Source of the DNA: Ginglymostoma cirratum
Taxonomy: Eukaryota
Direction: 5' to 3'
NCBI GenBank assembly: GCA_024137785.1
Contig: JAHRHZ010000062.1
Coordinates: forward strand, 40,685,405 to 40,749,404
Length of the DNA: 64,000 nt
Shown here piece after piece: positions 1-12,959 of this stretch. A program made the translations under genes and the position numbers. The stretch's first letter is position 1, and each line of letters opens with the position of its first letter. The notes under the pieces are model-generated. The model was not told where the DNA came from and searched no databases. It saw only the letters and a list, made by a program, of their open reading frames with translations.

Positions 1-152
1 GTTGCAAAACGAGCAGCAATAAAGCAAAAAGTAAATTTCATGATAGTCTAAAGATACCCATGCACGGCCATTTTCTACAGTGCAAAGATTGAAAAGTATT
101 TCCTAATTAAATGGGACAAAGTGAGATTTTTGAGCATTGTTTTATGTTACAG

Positions 153-230
153 ATATAAGGATGAAAGTGACTATGCTTTGCGATACATGGAGAGTAGCTG
201 GAGAGAACAACAGAAGGAAGAAGCCAAAAG
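153..230 (+). CDS. SPTY2D1: SPT2 homolog, penultimate coding exon (YKDESDYALRYMESSWREQQKEEAK)
   Basis: ttacag acceptor ending at 152 and AG|gtaaaa donor at 231; 78 nt, phase 2/2. Peptide matches the conserved vertebrate SPT2 C-terminal motif YKDESDYALRYMESSWKEQQKEEAKS as recalled. Confidence 0.93.
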
Positions 231-2001
231 GTAAAATTTCAGCATTGGTACACCTCCAGATCTTACCTAGGACCTGTGTTGCTGGCGATTTTAAATGCTT
301 AGCAATAGTCTCTAAGTTTGTAACTCACTGGTTTCTCAGTCTTCCAAGAAGTATATCATTTATACTCGTGTGTTGTTACTGGTGGCTTTAAACTTTTACA
401 AATACAGATGCATTCAGTGCTTAACTGCCAAACGTACACATGTTGTTTAATAGTATAGTTCATGACTGAAATGGGACATGCTTTTGTCTTGGCAATGTCC
501 TTTTTTTTCCTCAAGTTATATATCTTTGTTAGAACAGTCCTCCACTTGGGTACAGGTTGTCCTTTTGTAGCCTGCTAAAGTGACTGTTGTTCAAGTGTAA
601 ATTTCAGCAGTTTTATTAGAAACAAGGACAAAAGCTCCATTCAGGAAGCAAATTACTGGTTAACAGTTCGAACTGTCACCCTAGCTGCTTCAGCACTGAG
701 CTGCAGTGAATTGGTTTAATGCTTTACCAGCTGTTAAATTGATTACTTAGACTTTTGGGAAGTCCTAATATAAAGAATTGAGTAACTGAGATTGTTGGGC
801 TCAAGCTAATACTTCATATTCCAGGATCGTACTTAAAAGCAATTCTTTAATAGAGCACATCTGTTCTGTTACGAGTTCTCTGTTGTACAAGTAAACAATG
901 GGCTACCGGAAAGTGTGTTCTGCTCATGCGTTTCATGCCTGTTAGCAGAAGCATGCAGCAACATCTCTAAGACTGATCCTTTCCGCTTATCTGTGTGTTG
1001 TGAGGTGGGGTGTACATGAAATGGACTGTGGTACAGACCCCCTAGTTTGACAAAAATCAGAACCAAGTAATGTGGGGTGCCAGCTCATCAGCATCATGGT
1101 GATGAGCGTTGTTACTTTTATGAATGCGACAAAGTGGTCATTATGCCTTTTACAAATGATTTTAATCTTTTAAGAACAGGCAAATGTGCATTTGCACAGT
1201 GCCTTAGGCTACTTCAGCAATGAATTAATGTATAATCACTGCTAGGTAGGTGAGTACAGCAACCAGTGTACATTTCAGCAAGGTCTCTCAAACAACAATG
1301 AGATGAACACAACACATGGAATCTTAACCAAAATATGGCACCTCCATCAATGCAGGATTTCCCTCCAATTTTGGAATGTATTATCCTAGAAACACAGGAT
1401 CTTGCATCAGAGCTGGATACCATTTGGTCCATCATGTTTCTGCTACTCTGAGAAGTTTTAATTCACCCTACTTCCTTGCTTTGTCTACAGTTCTAAAACC
1501 TTTGCCTCTTCAAGCATTCTACCCAATTCATTTTTAAAAGTTCCTCTCCTCCCCTTTCAAACAGAGAGCATTCCAGATTTTCAGAACATGTCAAATTATG
1601 TGCAGAGATCCTGGAATGTTACTTTGTTCTTTAGGCATAGATGAGCATTCTATCATTGAACATGGTGAAATTTCATATTTTGAGGCTGTTTGTAATGGCC
1701 TATAATGATAAAGTATGCAACAGAAATGCTTTTGGTGTTTTGTAGTCTAAACGATGTTCCAAGAAGCTTAGTATGAAAATAAGTTTTTGAAGAAATAAAT
1801 TTCTTGGTTAGTAAATTGTTTTAATGTAGTATTTGAAACTTGAGTTACAAACAAATGGCATTAAGCTATCCATTCATAAACTTTGTCCTTAAAAATGGAC
1901 ACGCTGGAGGATTTGAAAATTGGTAGCAGGAGGTGGCAGAGCTTTGAAGAAAAGCCAGATGTTTGCATTTGATAAAGTTTGGTCCTTTTTTCTCTCTGCA
2001 G

Positions 2002-2095
2002 CTTGCAGATGGGTATGATGGAGGACGCAGAAGAGATGCGAAAAGAAGAAGAAGAACTAAGAAGGAAGATGAAAGCTAAGAAACGATGCCTTTAG
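2002..2095 (+). CDS. SPTY2D1: SPT2 homolog, last coding exon (SLQMGMMEDAEEMRKEEEELRRKMKAKKRCL*)
   Basis: Polypyrimidine tract plus ctgcag acceptor ending at 2001; phase matches the previous exon (AG|C = Ser); resembles the human C-terminus SLRLGMQEDLEEMRREEEE; TAG at 2093-2095. Confidence 0.92.
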
Positions 2096-2574
2096 TTAAT
2101 TGAAGAAATCACAAGAAATTTATTTATTATATTTATATACAAAATCTGGTTATTTACAAAAAGTAATATGCACTAAAGAATTTACTTTGAACTGTGGAAC
2201 TCACTAAGCTGATCGACCAATTCAGTAGAAGATATAAGTTAGCACTTGAATAAGTTGTGCTGGTAACTGGAGTAATTTTATATAATTATATGGTGCATCG
2301 CCAATTTTTTTTCAGTTCCTAGATCTGATGCATTGGGTAAGGTCACACAACAGCAGATTTGTTCTTTCATTCTTTGTATTCCATAAATTTTAATTATGGA
2401 GTTAAGGACTTTGGTTGCTGCAAAGTATTGATGTGTATAATGTTAATGTTTTTTGCATTTCAGGCTTAAAGGCAAAACCATTTTGTGTCTTAAAGATTCA
2501 CCACCAATTATCATTCGACTTTGTTCTGGTTGATTTAAAATTTGTTCTTTTTCCCCAGCTTCATTTTTACTGGA

Positions 2575-2693
2575 GGTGGGTGATGTGGTGCATTAGCCAC
2601 AGCCTCGCTGTCTCAACTTTATGAATTCAAATTTGTCCCAGACTCATGGAAGAAATGTCTCCTCTGTCTGCTGGCCAAATGTGAAATGAGTTT
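2575..2693 (+). repeat. Ancient SINE relic (LF-SINE-like) in the SPTY2D1 3'UTR
   Basis: Degenerate tRNA-like head (ttcaaatttgtcccagac) followed by ATGTGAAATGAGTT, a block recalled from the LF-SINE consensus. Confidence 0.4.
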
Positions 2694-3237
2694 ACGTTCT
2701 TCCATTACATGAACTTCCAGTACATAACTGTTTCTGGTTTCATGTTGCAGTCACTGATACCCTACAAGCTTCAAGTGGTCAATGGAAAACTATTTGGCTT
2801 ATTGAAGCAGATTCCTCTGAGTCTCTCATTTATAGCAACAAAATAGACTTTAAATGTTTTGTTTTTTTGTCTCCATTATGCCGTCTCATAGATTATTCCA
2901 AACTGTGACATTTTTGAGCAAGGAAATTTTTCCTAGTAACTATTTTAAATTTAATTTTCACCATTTTAATTTTATGTCCTCTCAACCAATCGCCTAATTT
3001 TGCTGCTCCTCTGTGGTTGAGTCAGAACATTATAGAATGCTTTTCTCTGCACCCAACTGTGCCATACCTCCTTTGGGCATGTTTGATGCTGGCAATAGGT
3101 GCCTGAAATGGAACGGCACTTTCCCATCACTTTGAGCACAATATTTTCTAAAACCAAATAGGTTACTGATCTCTGAAGTGCGATTTGTTTAAACCTATAG
3201 CTAGGTGTGCTAGTGAAAAGGTTAAAGATTACAGTTG

Positions 3238-3327
3238 AATAAAAGTATAATAAAATACATTTTGTAATTTTTTGAGAATAATGCAAGTACAGATGCATTA
3301 AATGTAATTGATACTCTGTACAATAAA
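3238..3327 (+). terminator. Cluster of polyadenylation signals ending the SPTY2D1 3'UTR
   Basis: AATAAA at 3238, 3249 and 3322; the last is preceded by TGTA and followed by T-rich sequence. Confidence 0.6.
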
Positions 3328-4029
3328 TTTTTATCACATAGTTTATCATATTATCTTGTGATATCTCCTCTTTTAGTCATCTTAAAAATAGGTTTGACCA
3401 TTTGTACATGTTTAAGTTGTTAATGCAACAAACTGTTATGTCATCGACCTCATTCACTTGGAGGTTTGTCTTGAGAATGTTTTTCCTGTGTGGAATGACA
3501 TTCGATGGATGTTTTCCAATTGCATCTCGATATTAGCGAATTAGTGCCATTGTATTGGTAAAGTGGAATATAAAATCACATTTTCAGAGTATTTATTTGA
3601 ATGGCAGTGGTCACTGCAAGCTAAACATCTGGGATATTGGTTCAGTTTAACAGCACAAAACCATTGTTTTCATTGCAAGGCTTATTGGCTAGGTGTAAAC
3701 TCCTTCTGCAACATTCTCTCCCTGTACCATTCACCCGCTTTCATCTAAAGGTAGGGTGAAGAATATCAAATTGATGCTTAAAAGATTAATTTGTGTTAAA
3801 TTTCTACAAGTGAGAAAGCTATTTGAGGGCATCTTGTTTAATATACTGATACTTTAAAAGTGCCATGTTGCTACTAGATACCTATCTTTTGATCTACCTA
3901 AAATGACAGTTGCATTGTTGAAGCAACACAGGATCCGATGGATGTTGCTGTCATAGGGCAGATATTAGATATTGGTTATTTTGGAAATTGAGAAGGGACG
4001 TCTATTAATTTATGCTATATATTTGTTAT

Positions 4030-4520
4030 ACAATAGCACCTTTTATTTATATAGCTGTTGAAAGTAAAATGTCCAAAACTGCTTCACACGAGTGTAATCA
4101 GACAACTGACATTGAACCATTGTGAACACCATTACCAAAAACTTGCTCAAAGAGGTATGCTTAAGTTTTAAAGAAGACAGACAGGTGAAGAGGTTTAGAT
4201 AGGGAATGATCACCAGTGGTGCATTACTGAAAATCTGGAATATGAAAAGGCCAAAATTGGAGGAGCTTTGATAACTTGGACAGTTACAGGATCAGAGGAG
4301 CAATGGGGAAAGGGAAGGCCATGGGTAAATCAGAAAATTAGGATAAATTTAAAATTGAATTGTTGGACCAGAAAGCCAGTTAAGTTTATTGAGTATAGAG
4401 CAGTTGGGTAAATAGAACTTGGTGAAAGTTACAATACAAGCATCAGAGGTTTAGATGAGTTCAAGTTTATGGAAGATATAAGGTAGAGACTGATGGGGGG
4501 GAGCATTAGAATAGCGTATT
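4030..4520 (-). mobile_element. Decayed L2-like LINE 3' fragment
   Basis: Visible similarity to the copies at about 54255-55300 and 57885-58430 (e.g. aaaacttgctcaaagaggt vs aagcttggtcaagtgggt); purine-rich + strand. Confidence 0.45.
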
Positions 4521-4749
4521 CTGAGTTTGCATTATCAATCCAACTCTTGTGATACTAGCATTCCTAGTTTGCAAACCAAAGCTGTCGCTTTGGTAATATT
4601 TCTGGTTTATAAACCAATGAAAAGCTATGATTCCATTTCAGGGCACAGCTGTGGTAAAGGTAAAGGTGCCAGCAGCTGTTAATCCCTGCTCTATATGATG
4701 CGTACTAACCCTTTGCCGCTACAATTGTTTTCTCCTTCTGTACTCTAAG

Positions 4750-6060
4750 CTATTCATGATTTGAATATCTGTCAAGTCTCTTAATTTTCTATATTCTAAG
4801 AAGAAAACCTAATGCCTGCATGTAACTGAGATTCTTCTTCCCTGCTACAGTTGAAGCAAAACGCTTGAGCACTCGCGATCTCTATCTTTCTTTGATGTAT
4901 AATGGCCAGAATTGAACACCATACATCAGCTGAGCCTTCCCTTGTGTTTTATCACTACTTACCATGCTTCCTTGTTTTTGTAATCTAGGCCACTATAAAT
5001 AAAGTGAATAATTCCATGTGCCTTTTAAAAATACCATCTCAACTTGGATATCCTTAGTCTGTGTATTTCACTGATATATTTTTATCATCCTGAAGTTGCT
5101 ATTATCATTAAATTTGAGTTTTGTGTCATCCACAAATGCTGAAATTACTCAAGTCTGAGTCAATAATATACATCAGGGAGCAGTGACCTAATAATAAACT
5201 CTTGCAGAATACCCTGTATTTCAATTACATTTATTTGGTACAAGCAGCAACCACTTCAATACCAAAACTGTTTTTCACCTAAAACGTGGGAATCATAAAA
5301 TTAGATGTTTTTACAGCTATTTATTCAGTGCCTTTACCCTTTCCTCAAACCACATAATTTCTCTTGACTTTGCATCTAGGGAGCCAGCATTAACTAGTCT
5401 CTTCCTTTCTTACATTTTTTACTATAGTACTGACTAGTTTACTAATCACTTTTTTCTCTTTATCAACCTTTTGATGGCTCTTTGGTTTCGAAAATGCTCC
5501 CAGTTGTCAGGCTTACTATTGTTCCTTGCAACATTATAAAGCTGTTGTAACCCAGCACTATCTTCAAGCTTGTTATTTTTCGATTGTTGATCATTTTGAT
5601 TGTTTCTTTAAATGCTTGTCACTCTTTACTTTCATATCTATTAGTTTATTTATTTAATGAACCTCACCTGCTTTTCCCTCAGTCTTACTAAATTGTCTTT
5701 ATTTCACTGTTATATTTAAGTTTAAATGTTTTTTAAAAACTTTCACAGAGTCTTTATATTAATGCGTGGACTGCCTCTAGCAGGAACAGTTTTTACAGAA
5801 GTTGAACATGCCATATGGGAATGCATTTCAAGAGTTCTTCGGTATACTTTTTTAAATGTTAAGGCTTCTCCCCTCTGCTACCCTTCCACACAGTGCGTTC
5901 CAGATTCCCACCATCCGCTGGATGAGAAATATTTTCCTGTAATCCCCTCTAAACGTCCTGTCCTTCAGCTTAAAATTATGCCCCATTGTTATTCCATTTG
6001 CCATTTGTCTGACCTTCTGTCCAGTCTATCAATATCTTCCTGTAAGTGGGGACCTACTTC
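4750..6060 (-). mobile_element. Highly decayed CR1 fragments
   Basis: Antisense CR1 ORF2 3' motifs (ccagaattgaacaccatac; gcgttccagattcccaccatccgctggatgagaaa) comparable to the young CR1 at 35884. Confidence 0.45.
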
Positions 6061-6231
6061 CTCACCTGCCACTGTTCTGCTGCAGACTTTCCCACAAGTA
6101 GCTGTTCCCAGTCTACTTTGGCCAAATCCAGTTTTTATTTTAATAAAATCTGCCTCCCTCTAGCCGAAACACATTTTTTGCCAGCCATCGCTTTCATTTT
6201 ACCGTAACAAAGATTAAGTCCTACTATAAAA

Positions 6232-6440
6232 ATGAGATAACAAGGTGTAGAGCTGAATGAACACAGCAGGTCAAGCAGCATCAGAGGAGCAGGAAAGCTG
6301 ACGCGCCTGCTGAATTTCTGAAGAAGGTCTAGGCCCGAAACGCCAGCTTTCCTGCTCCTCTGATGGTGCTTGACCTGCTGTGTTCATCCAGCTCTGCACC
6401 TTGTTATCTCAGATTCTCCAGCATCTGCAGTTCCTACTTT
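6232..6440. mobile_element. Palindromic non-autonomous repeat (probably Penelope-derived) with hammerhead-like centre
   Basis: About 70-bp inverted arms at 6233-6303 and 6341-6411; centre CTGAAGA-aggtctaggccc-GAAAC at 6318-6341. Confidence 0.75.
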
Positions 6441-7121
6441 CTCTTAAGGCCTACTATATTGATGTTGTCAAAGTGCTTTCAAAGTGCAGTCAAGTTTTGT
6501 TTTCCCAGAATTAGGTCCGACAGTGTGCTATCCTTTGATGGACTTCTAAATATTGTGGTGAATAGCACTCTAGAATGCATTTTATTACTATTCACCTCTT
6601 GACCCCTCAAAGCCTCTTTACAAGGGTAATTGAGGAGTGTGATGGATCCACGTGTATGGATCGGGCTGTAGGAAGAGTGAAAACTGCAATATAAAGGGTT
6701 GCTCTGCACTGCAACCACTGGGTGGAGCTCACAGTCCAGTTTGGAGCTGGTCATGAAGGTTTAAAGCATGCGAAACAACCGTTTAGCCTATCAAACCTCA
6801 ATTGTTTTCTTCCTCAAACTGTGTGCACCTTTGTTTCCTTCAGAAAATATACTACTGGATGAAGTCAGTAAATCTGGTGTTTTGTTTAATTGGGCATGCT
6901 TGTGTGGTCAGTATTAGCAGTTGTCTAATCATGGTTTCATCATGTCCAAGCCCCATCATCCCAGCCAAGGGCTTCCTGCAGTAGACACTAGACAGTGACC
7001 AGAAGTAGGAACCCAACTCGGGAACGTGAAAGACAACACAACTCCCATGAAGTCATGGCTGTGATAAACTGACTGAACACACTTTTAGTGTATGGTATGA
7101 GATAATTAGAAAATCAGATAA

Positions 7122-7230
7122 TAGAGTCAACGCAGTTCTAAGGAAGGGTCACCGGACCTGAAACATTGACTCTGATTTGTCTTCACAGATGCTGCCAGAC
7201 CTGCTAAGCTTTTCCAGCAATTTGTTGTTT
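7122..7230 (+). mobile_element. Half copy of the same palindromic repeat class
   Basis: agttCTAAGGA-agggtc-accg-gacct-GAAACattgact followed by gatgctgccagacctgctaagcttttccagca, shared with the 54431 and 62955 copies. Confidence 0.65.
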
Positions 7231-9020
7231 CATCTATTTATTGTTCCCTTTGTGCCTGTGGATTTCATTGGAGGGTGCACATACTGTTAAACTTGTAGCC
7301 CATGAGGTAGCAGGTTATGCACCCCCCAAACATCTTTGTTAGGGAGGAGTTGTGTCTGATGACAATGACACATTTTTGCATTAAAAATGGCAATTGTTGC
7401 TTCACAAAACATCAAATTTGAATCTGAGGCATTTAACTGGTGGCTTTACTGGGGTGCATTGATTATAGTTCTGGATTCATTAAGATTCTGAAATGAATCA
7501 AGTGTTGGGCGTAGGTTTTTTGAATGAGTACTACTGACATAGAGATTCTTATCAAAAGTTCAAGGACCAAAGTCTGCATACCCTGTGTGATTCTCCATTC
7601 TAAAACCTAATGATGGAGAATCATGCAGGGCAAAATGCATTCAGTGCCTAAAACTGCATTGCACTTCAGTACTGAGATGTCAAGTGTAGCCTAGTAGTTT
7701 ATATCAGAATGCAATATAATATTCATAATGAGAATATTATAGATGTCAGTCTCCTGGTGAGGGTTAATAACAGGTAGGAATGCTACATCTGGTCACTCTC
7801 CAGTGATCGGTAATCAGGTTTGACTATGATGTATTTATTCCGTTGATGCTCACTGTCCAGACTGACAAGAAGAGTAGAGAATCAGGGTGTTCCTCTTGAG
7901 CCAGAATACTGTGGGACAGGCCAAGAGGAAGAAGGAAACTGGAGAGATGACAATAAACAATTTTCAGTCCTTTACTTTTCTTGGGGGCAGATTTGCTGAT
8001 CATGCTCCCAGCATGTTCAGTAATCCTGGTTTAATGCATTCCACCTCCATCATTGCTCAGAGGATCAATTTATAAAGATTAAAATTCCACAGTATTTGAG
8101 CTGGCTACCCACTGTTGCAACCTGCTATTCTTTATTTCCAAGCCTGGACATGAGCATCAGCCTTCAAAGCGAAATTGCAACTGTACCTATTCTCATCTGA
8201 TTACCATTCCCTGAACAGTGGTCAGCACTATCTGGTTCTGATTCTTTGAGAGTCAATAAGTGTTCCTGCCACCGGTAAAACTGAGCTAAACTAACTCGGT
8301 AAAGAGCAGAGATTAACCCTGAGGGCCTACTAATCCGTATGAATCAGCATCCCACCGTGTCTCCACCAGAAGCGTGCGTAAGGGTTAGAAAAATTGGCAA
8401 CTGTGGGTGCAAGTCAGCAATTCCATGAAGTAGGTTGAGCCTGAATGTGATGTCGATGGGGAGAGGGAGCTTAAGCTGCTGAGTTGCATTGTGGTAATAT
8501 AACACGTGGGATGAGGGTGGAAGCATCCAGACAGTACCAGTATTGCCCATCTACTACTATCAAAATGATTGCAACATTGCCTCTTCCACTCGTTCTTTAA
8601 TTATGAGTGAGGTGAGTAATTGACTAGTAACACAGCAATTAACACAACAAAAATAAATCAATCTTTTTGAAGTGGGATTGACCAGCCCTTGTCTGCTAAA
8701 GAAATTTGAATCACAAACATCCTATTAATGTCTTGTCCATGTCTATAGTACTGGAATTACTCTGCATGCCTAAAAACTCCTAAAATGGGGAGTGGAAAAG
8801 GAAACGATATCTGCTTTATGTTGGCCAAGAGGTATCCCTTTAATTCCTTTATTATTGCTATTTTTGACATTGAGGCTGTTTGAATTGTTGAAAATATTAA
8901 AATTGGGTTTTATTGTCAATGTAGCTCTTTGCCAGAGCAATAATCAGATTGCAGACCTTCAAAGCCCAGGCATGATGTATTTATTCTTTTCTTCCCTCGG
9001 TTTTTAATCCAATGATAGAA

Positions 9021-9117
9021 CAGCATGGTGGCTCAGTGGTCAGCACTGCAGCCTCACCACACTAGGGACCTGGCTTCGATCCCATCCTCGGGCGACTGTG
9101 TGGAGTTCGCACTTTCT
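9021..9117 (+). mobile_element. 3'-truncated HE1/V-SINE
   Basis: tRNA-derived head with A box (tggctcagtgg) and B-box-like cttcgatcc; matches the 5' part of the copy at 53900. Confidence 0.8.
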
Positions 9118-10899
9118 GGGTCAGGTCAGGTGGTTCTATTTCAGTTGAGCAATTTGGATGTGAAAATGTTGTGATCTATGTATGTACTAAGTTGGCAAAT
9201 AAAAATAAGGAAGCAGGGCAGTGTAAATTGACATCATTGAAGAAGAATTTCCGTTGGACCACGAGAAGAGTGATGTCTGAACATTATCCATCTATTTACA
9301 AAAGGAAACTCCCAAAGCTTGGCTTCCTAAATATTCTAAACAGACACAACATTGCAACCACATATTAATTTCACTGTCGTTTCCTGGAATCAATTTCTAG
9401 ATGATCCATAAGCCAGACCATTATGTACAGCTTATTTCCTGCCACAATGCATCATGCTTAATGTATAAAATGCAGCAAACCTGTAACTTGTGAAACAGTA
9501 ATTGTTATGGGGAGAACTGTATTAATGAATTTACACTGCACCATATTTTATTTTTGGGATATCAGGATTAATAATCAAAAAGTCTGAAATTGTTAGAACT
9601 AAAGTGCTTAGATTTTTAAAGGTCTTTTCTCACTTTCAGAAATGTAGTCAGTTGTCTAAAATGAGCATTTGTTTGATAAGACCCTTAGCAAGAAAGGCAC
9701 TTCTCGGATTCATTGATCCCATTCAAGCTTTACAGGACAGGCTTGGATCTGAAGTGCCTCTGAGTCTTGTGTGGGACACTAGGCTGGTGAGTTCATTTCC
9801 TCTCGGATACTTTAATTCCTTGAGTTGATTTTCCACTCCTCCAGGTTGACACTTAGCAGATCTGACAAACCACCATGCACCAACACCAGCTAAGGGTTGG
9901 GATTGGTTGCCAGGCTATCTCATGATTGGGGAAGGGTTGGTAGGATTCCTTGATAGGGATAACTCAAGTGTGTTCCAGAAAGAAATTGCCTCCTCCAGGC
10001 CTCACTGGAAAGACACTGACCTGATTTAAACCATACTCTCTGCCTTCAGTTTACAGGAAAGCCATTGCAACTTCCTGCTGAGGCCATCCAGTTAAATTTG
10101 CAGTCTGATTCTCACAGCATATTTTACAGACATATGTTTTTAAAAAAAAGCATCTGCAGGATTTGGATGGCTATTCTTACCACCTGCTGTTATAGCTGTT
10201 CAAAAGAGGAATTGGGTAGGATGGCTCCAGAAAAAGTTGACATTTTTAATCAGCATGGGATTGAACCTAAGTCTCCTTAGGTTCAACTACCACTGCACCA
10301 CAAGAGCCATCTTTATGCAAAGTAAATCATGGTGATTTAATTGACCACATGCCCAGTTCAAGGAAATCAACTCTTTTCCCAGCTCTAATCATTTCTTGAG
10401 ATTTTCAGCAAAAGGACCAGACAAACTATTTAAACAAGTGGCCATATTAGCCTGTAGTTTATATTTCCCACCTTCCTGATTGCTACATATCGAGTGGTAC
10501 TAACAAAGAAAAGACAAAGCTCCCCAATTCAAGTGTTTGATTAGATCATTGTGCATGATATGAGCACATTTCACTGTCTCTCCTTTTGAAAAGAGAAATA
10601 CTTTTGTTTCCCTTTAATAAACTATTTCCTGCTCCATTAATTATACAACTTCCAACAGTAAGATGTAAATAAACAAACCTTTACCATTGTACAAGCAGAG
10701 TTTAGTTACAAGAAACTTCTTCTTAACCACACATATAAATCAAATTTAGTGACAAAAGCCTTCCAGACTGCCTTATGGGTTTTGGTGTAGAGTCAGATAT
10801 TACAGTATTCAGTTTCGTATTGGTTCAAACTCAAGCAAGATCTTGTTTCTCAGTGATTGGTACTTCCCATGAAGTACCAATCAATGCAAATTCTTGCTT

Positions 10900-12230
10900 G
10901 TGATCAAATGGATTGTTCTTGTGTTTTGCTTCATTCCTTGTTGGTATCATGCAATCCACGTGAACATTTCTCATTTTTCCATCGATTTCGACTAAATATC
11001 ATTTGGTTCCACACAAGTCTGCTGTGTTTCCCCTACATTTCGCTGATGTGACTTATGATGGGGCATCAGAACACCAAAATGCTCATTTGCCTGCAATTGT
11101 GGTCTCTTTAGTACCATGTTGATGTTCTTGATGGAACTGTTTGTGACAAACTTTGACAATGAAATTTTGTAGAACTAGATGCAAATACATCTCTAACCAC
11201 CTCATCAAAAATTTACCTTGTAGTGGATTATGGGATTGTTCTATACTTCATCAGGAAATTAACAATCGATAATTCATACTAAGTTTTGAATTGCTGATGT
11301 GGCACATGGTTTTTTTGACTGGCCAAAAGCCAACTTGGTAATGTTGGTTTGCAGCTTTTTGAGACACAACTACCTCTACTGACTAAGGGAGTAATGTCAC
11401 CCTGAGGTTATTTGCCGTAATAAATGTCTTGAGAATGGCTTAGAGCTGATTTTAATAGAGCTTTAGAAGTCACACTGCACATAGTTGAGAAGCTTTATTC
11501 ACAAAGGACAAAGACCTTAACTATCATGGTACCAACAAGTTTACACAATTTTTTCTGCTCATTACTCCAAATATCCCCTTAATTCTAACAAGAGCACTGC
11601 ATCTATTTTCATTTTAAAAATTAACTTCTGCCACTCAACAATTGTGTTATTGAACAGAAGAATGGCTAACAAGGTCAGGTAGAGCAAAGTGAAGTTCCCT
11701 CAACTTCACTATATCTTTCAAAAAGCCGACTGTACTCACCACTCTGACCTTGCCCCATCTTCCACATCTGCTTCTCAAAGTGAGAACACCAAAATGCATT
11801 GATTCACACTCCATCTTATCATGTGGATCAATTCTCCCTCTAAAATTCTGTTGTGAACAATCTCGTTCCTTTAGAGGCTTGTTTGCACAACTGCAACAGT
11901 GTGGTATTTTCACAGATGACCACTCCTGCAGTATTTGTTATCTCGAACAGTAGCATTAGATGAGGCTTATCAACTCTCCTATGCCTTTGCCCTGTCTTGG
12001 GCCAATATAGTAATGAGTAATAGAGGATAAACCACTGTCGAATATCTACAGAAGAGGACCTTTACTCAAAATAACTACGAAGTTCATTGCAGGGTGGTAA
12101 TATGTACAGCCACACTTGGTCGTCCATAATTGCTAGGATCTTAGGGAAGCTGGTATGGTTACATTCGCTCCCTCTGAAAACTAAAGTAGAACTCGTTGCC
12201 ATCTGTATGCAACATCAGCAGAATGAATGG
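10900..12230 (-). mobile_element. Possible very old Gypsy-like pol/integrase relic
   Basis: Broken minus-strand peptides GANVTIPASLRS and YLVEIDGKMRNVHVD resemble, in order, the Gypsy RVVIPxxLR and integrase C-terminal YxVxxDGxxRxxHVD motifs; many stops. Confidence 0.3.
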
Positions 12231-12959
12231 GGCCAATGTAACATTATCATTAATCGCCTCAGAACAATTAATTTCTACAGCCATCATTTATCATAGAAGA
12301 AGCCCTGGGCAGGTCCTTGCAGATTTTGAGGAACATTGCTTTGGAGCCACTCTCACTGCCCAAACTTGGCATAATCTAGGGTGGATATCACCTCCTCAAT
12401 CTGAAATAGGCAGGACACCAAGTGCAAGAGGTGACAAGCTGGTATCTACCCCATTACGCAAGACATTCCCGCTCAGAATTATTTTTATGATAAACAATAC
12501 GATTGCTACATTTCAAAAATCTTTTCCCATGCATATTTTAAAATAAAACTTATTCTTTTCCTATTCTTCACAAAAGATTTTTGTTAACAGAACCAAGTTT
12601 TTTATTCTATAAGTGAATGAAAACAATTGTTCTGTTTGCAAAGATCTTCTACATTTGTTAAACATCCATTGGTCTATAAATACCACCAATAATCAAGTCA
12701 CATCCCACAGATTGTGAGAGTAAGTTATTCAACCCATAGAATTAATGCCAATTTTCTAACTGGATGGTTTTATTATGAAGGAATATTTGTAAACATGTGC
12801 TGGCTACCTTATTGTGGCTGGAGGATATTTCTTGTAATTTTCCTCATTATTTTGAACAGCGAAGCTGTGTTTTTGTAGGTAAATAGTGCATTTTGGGGAT
12901 AAATACAGCATAACATGCAGCCTTTTACTTTTCTAGGTCTAAGGAACACCCAACTCATG

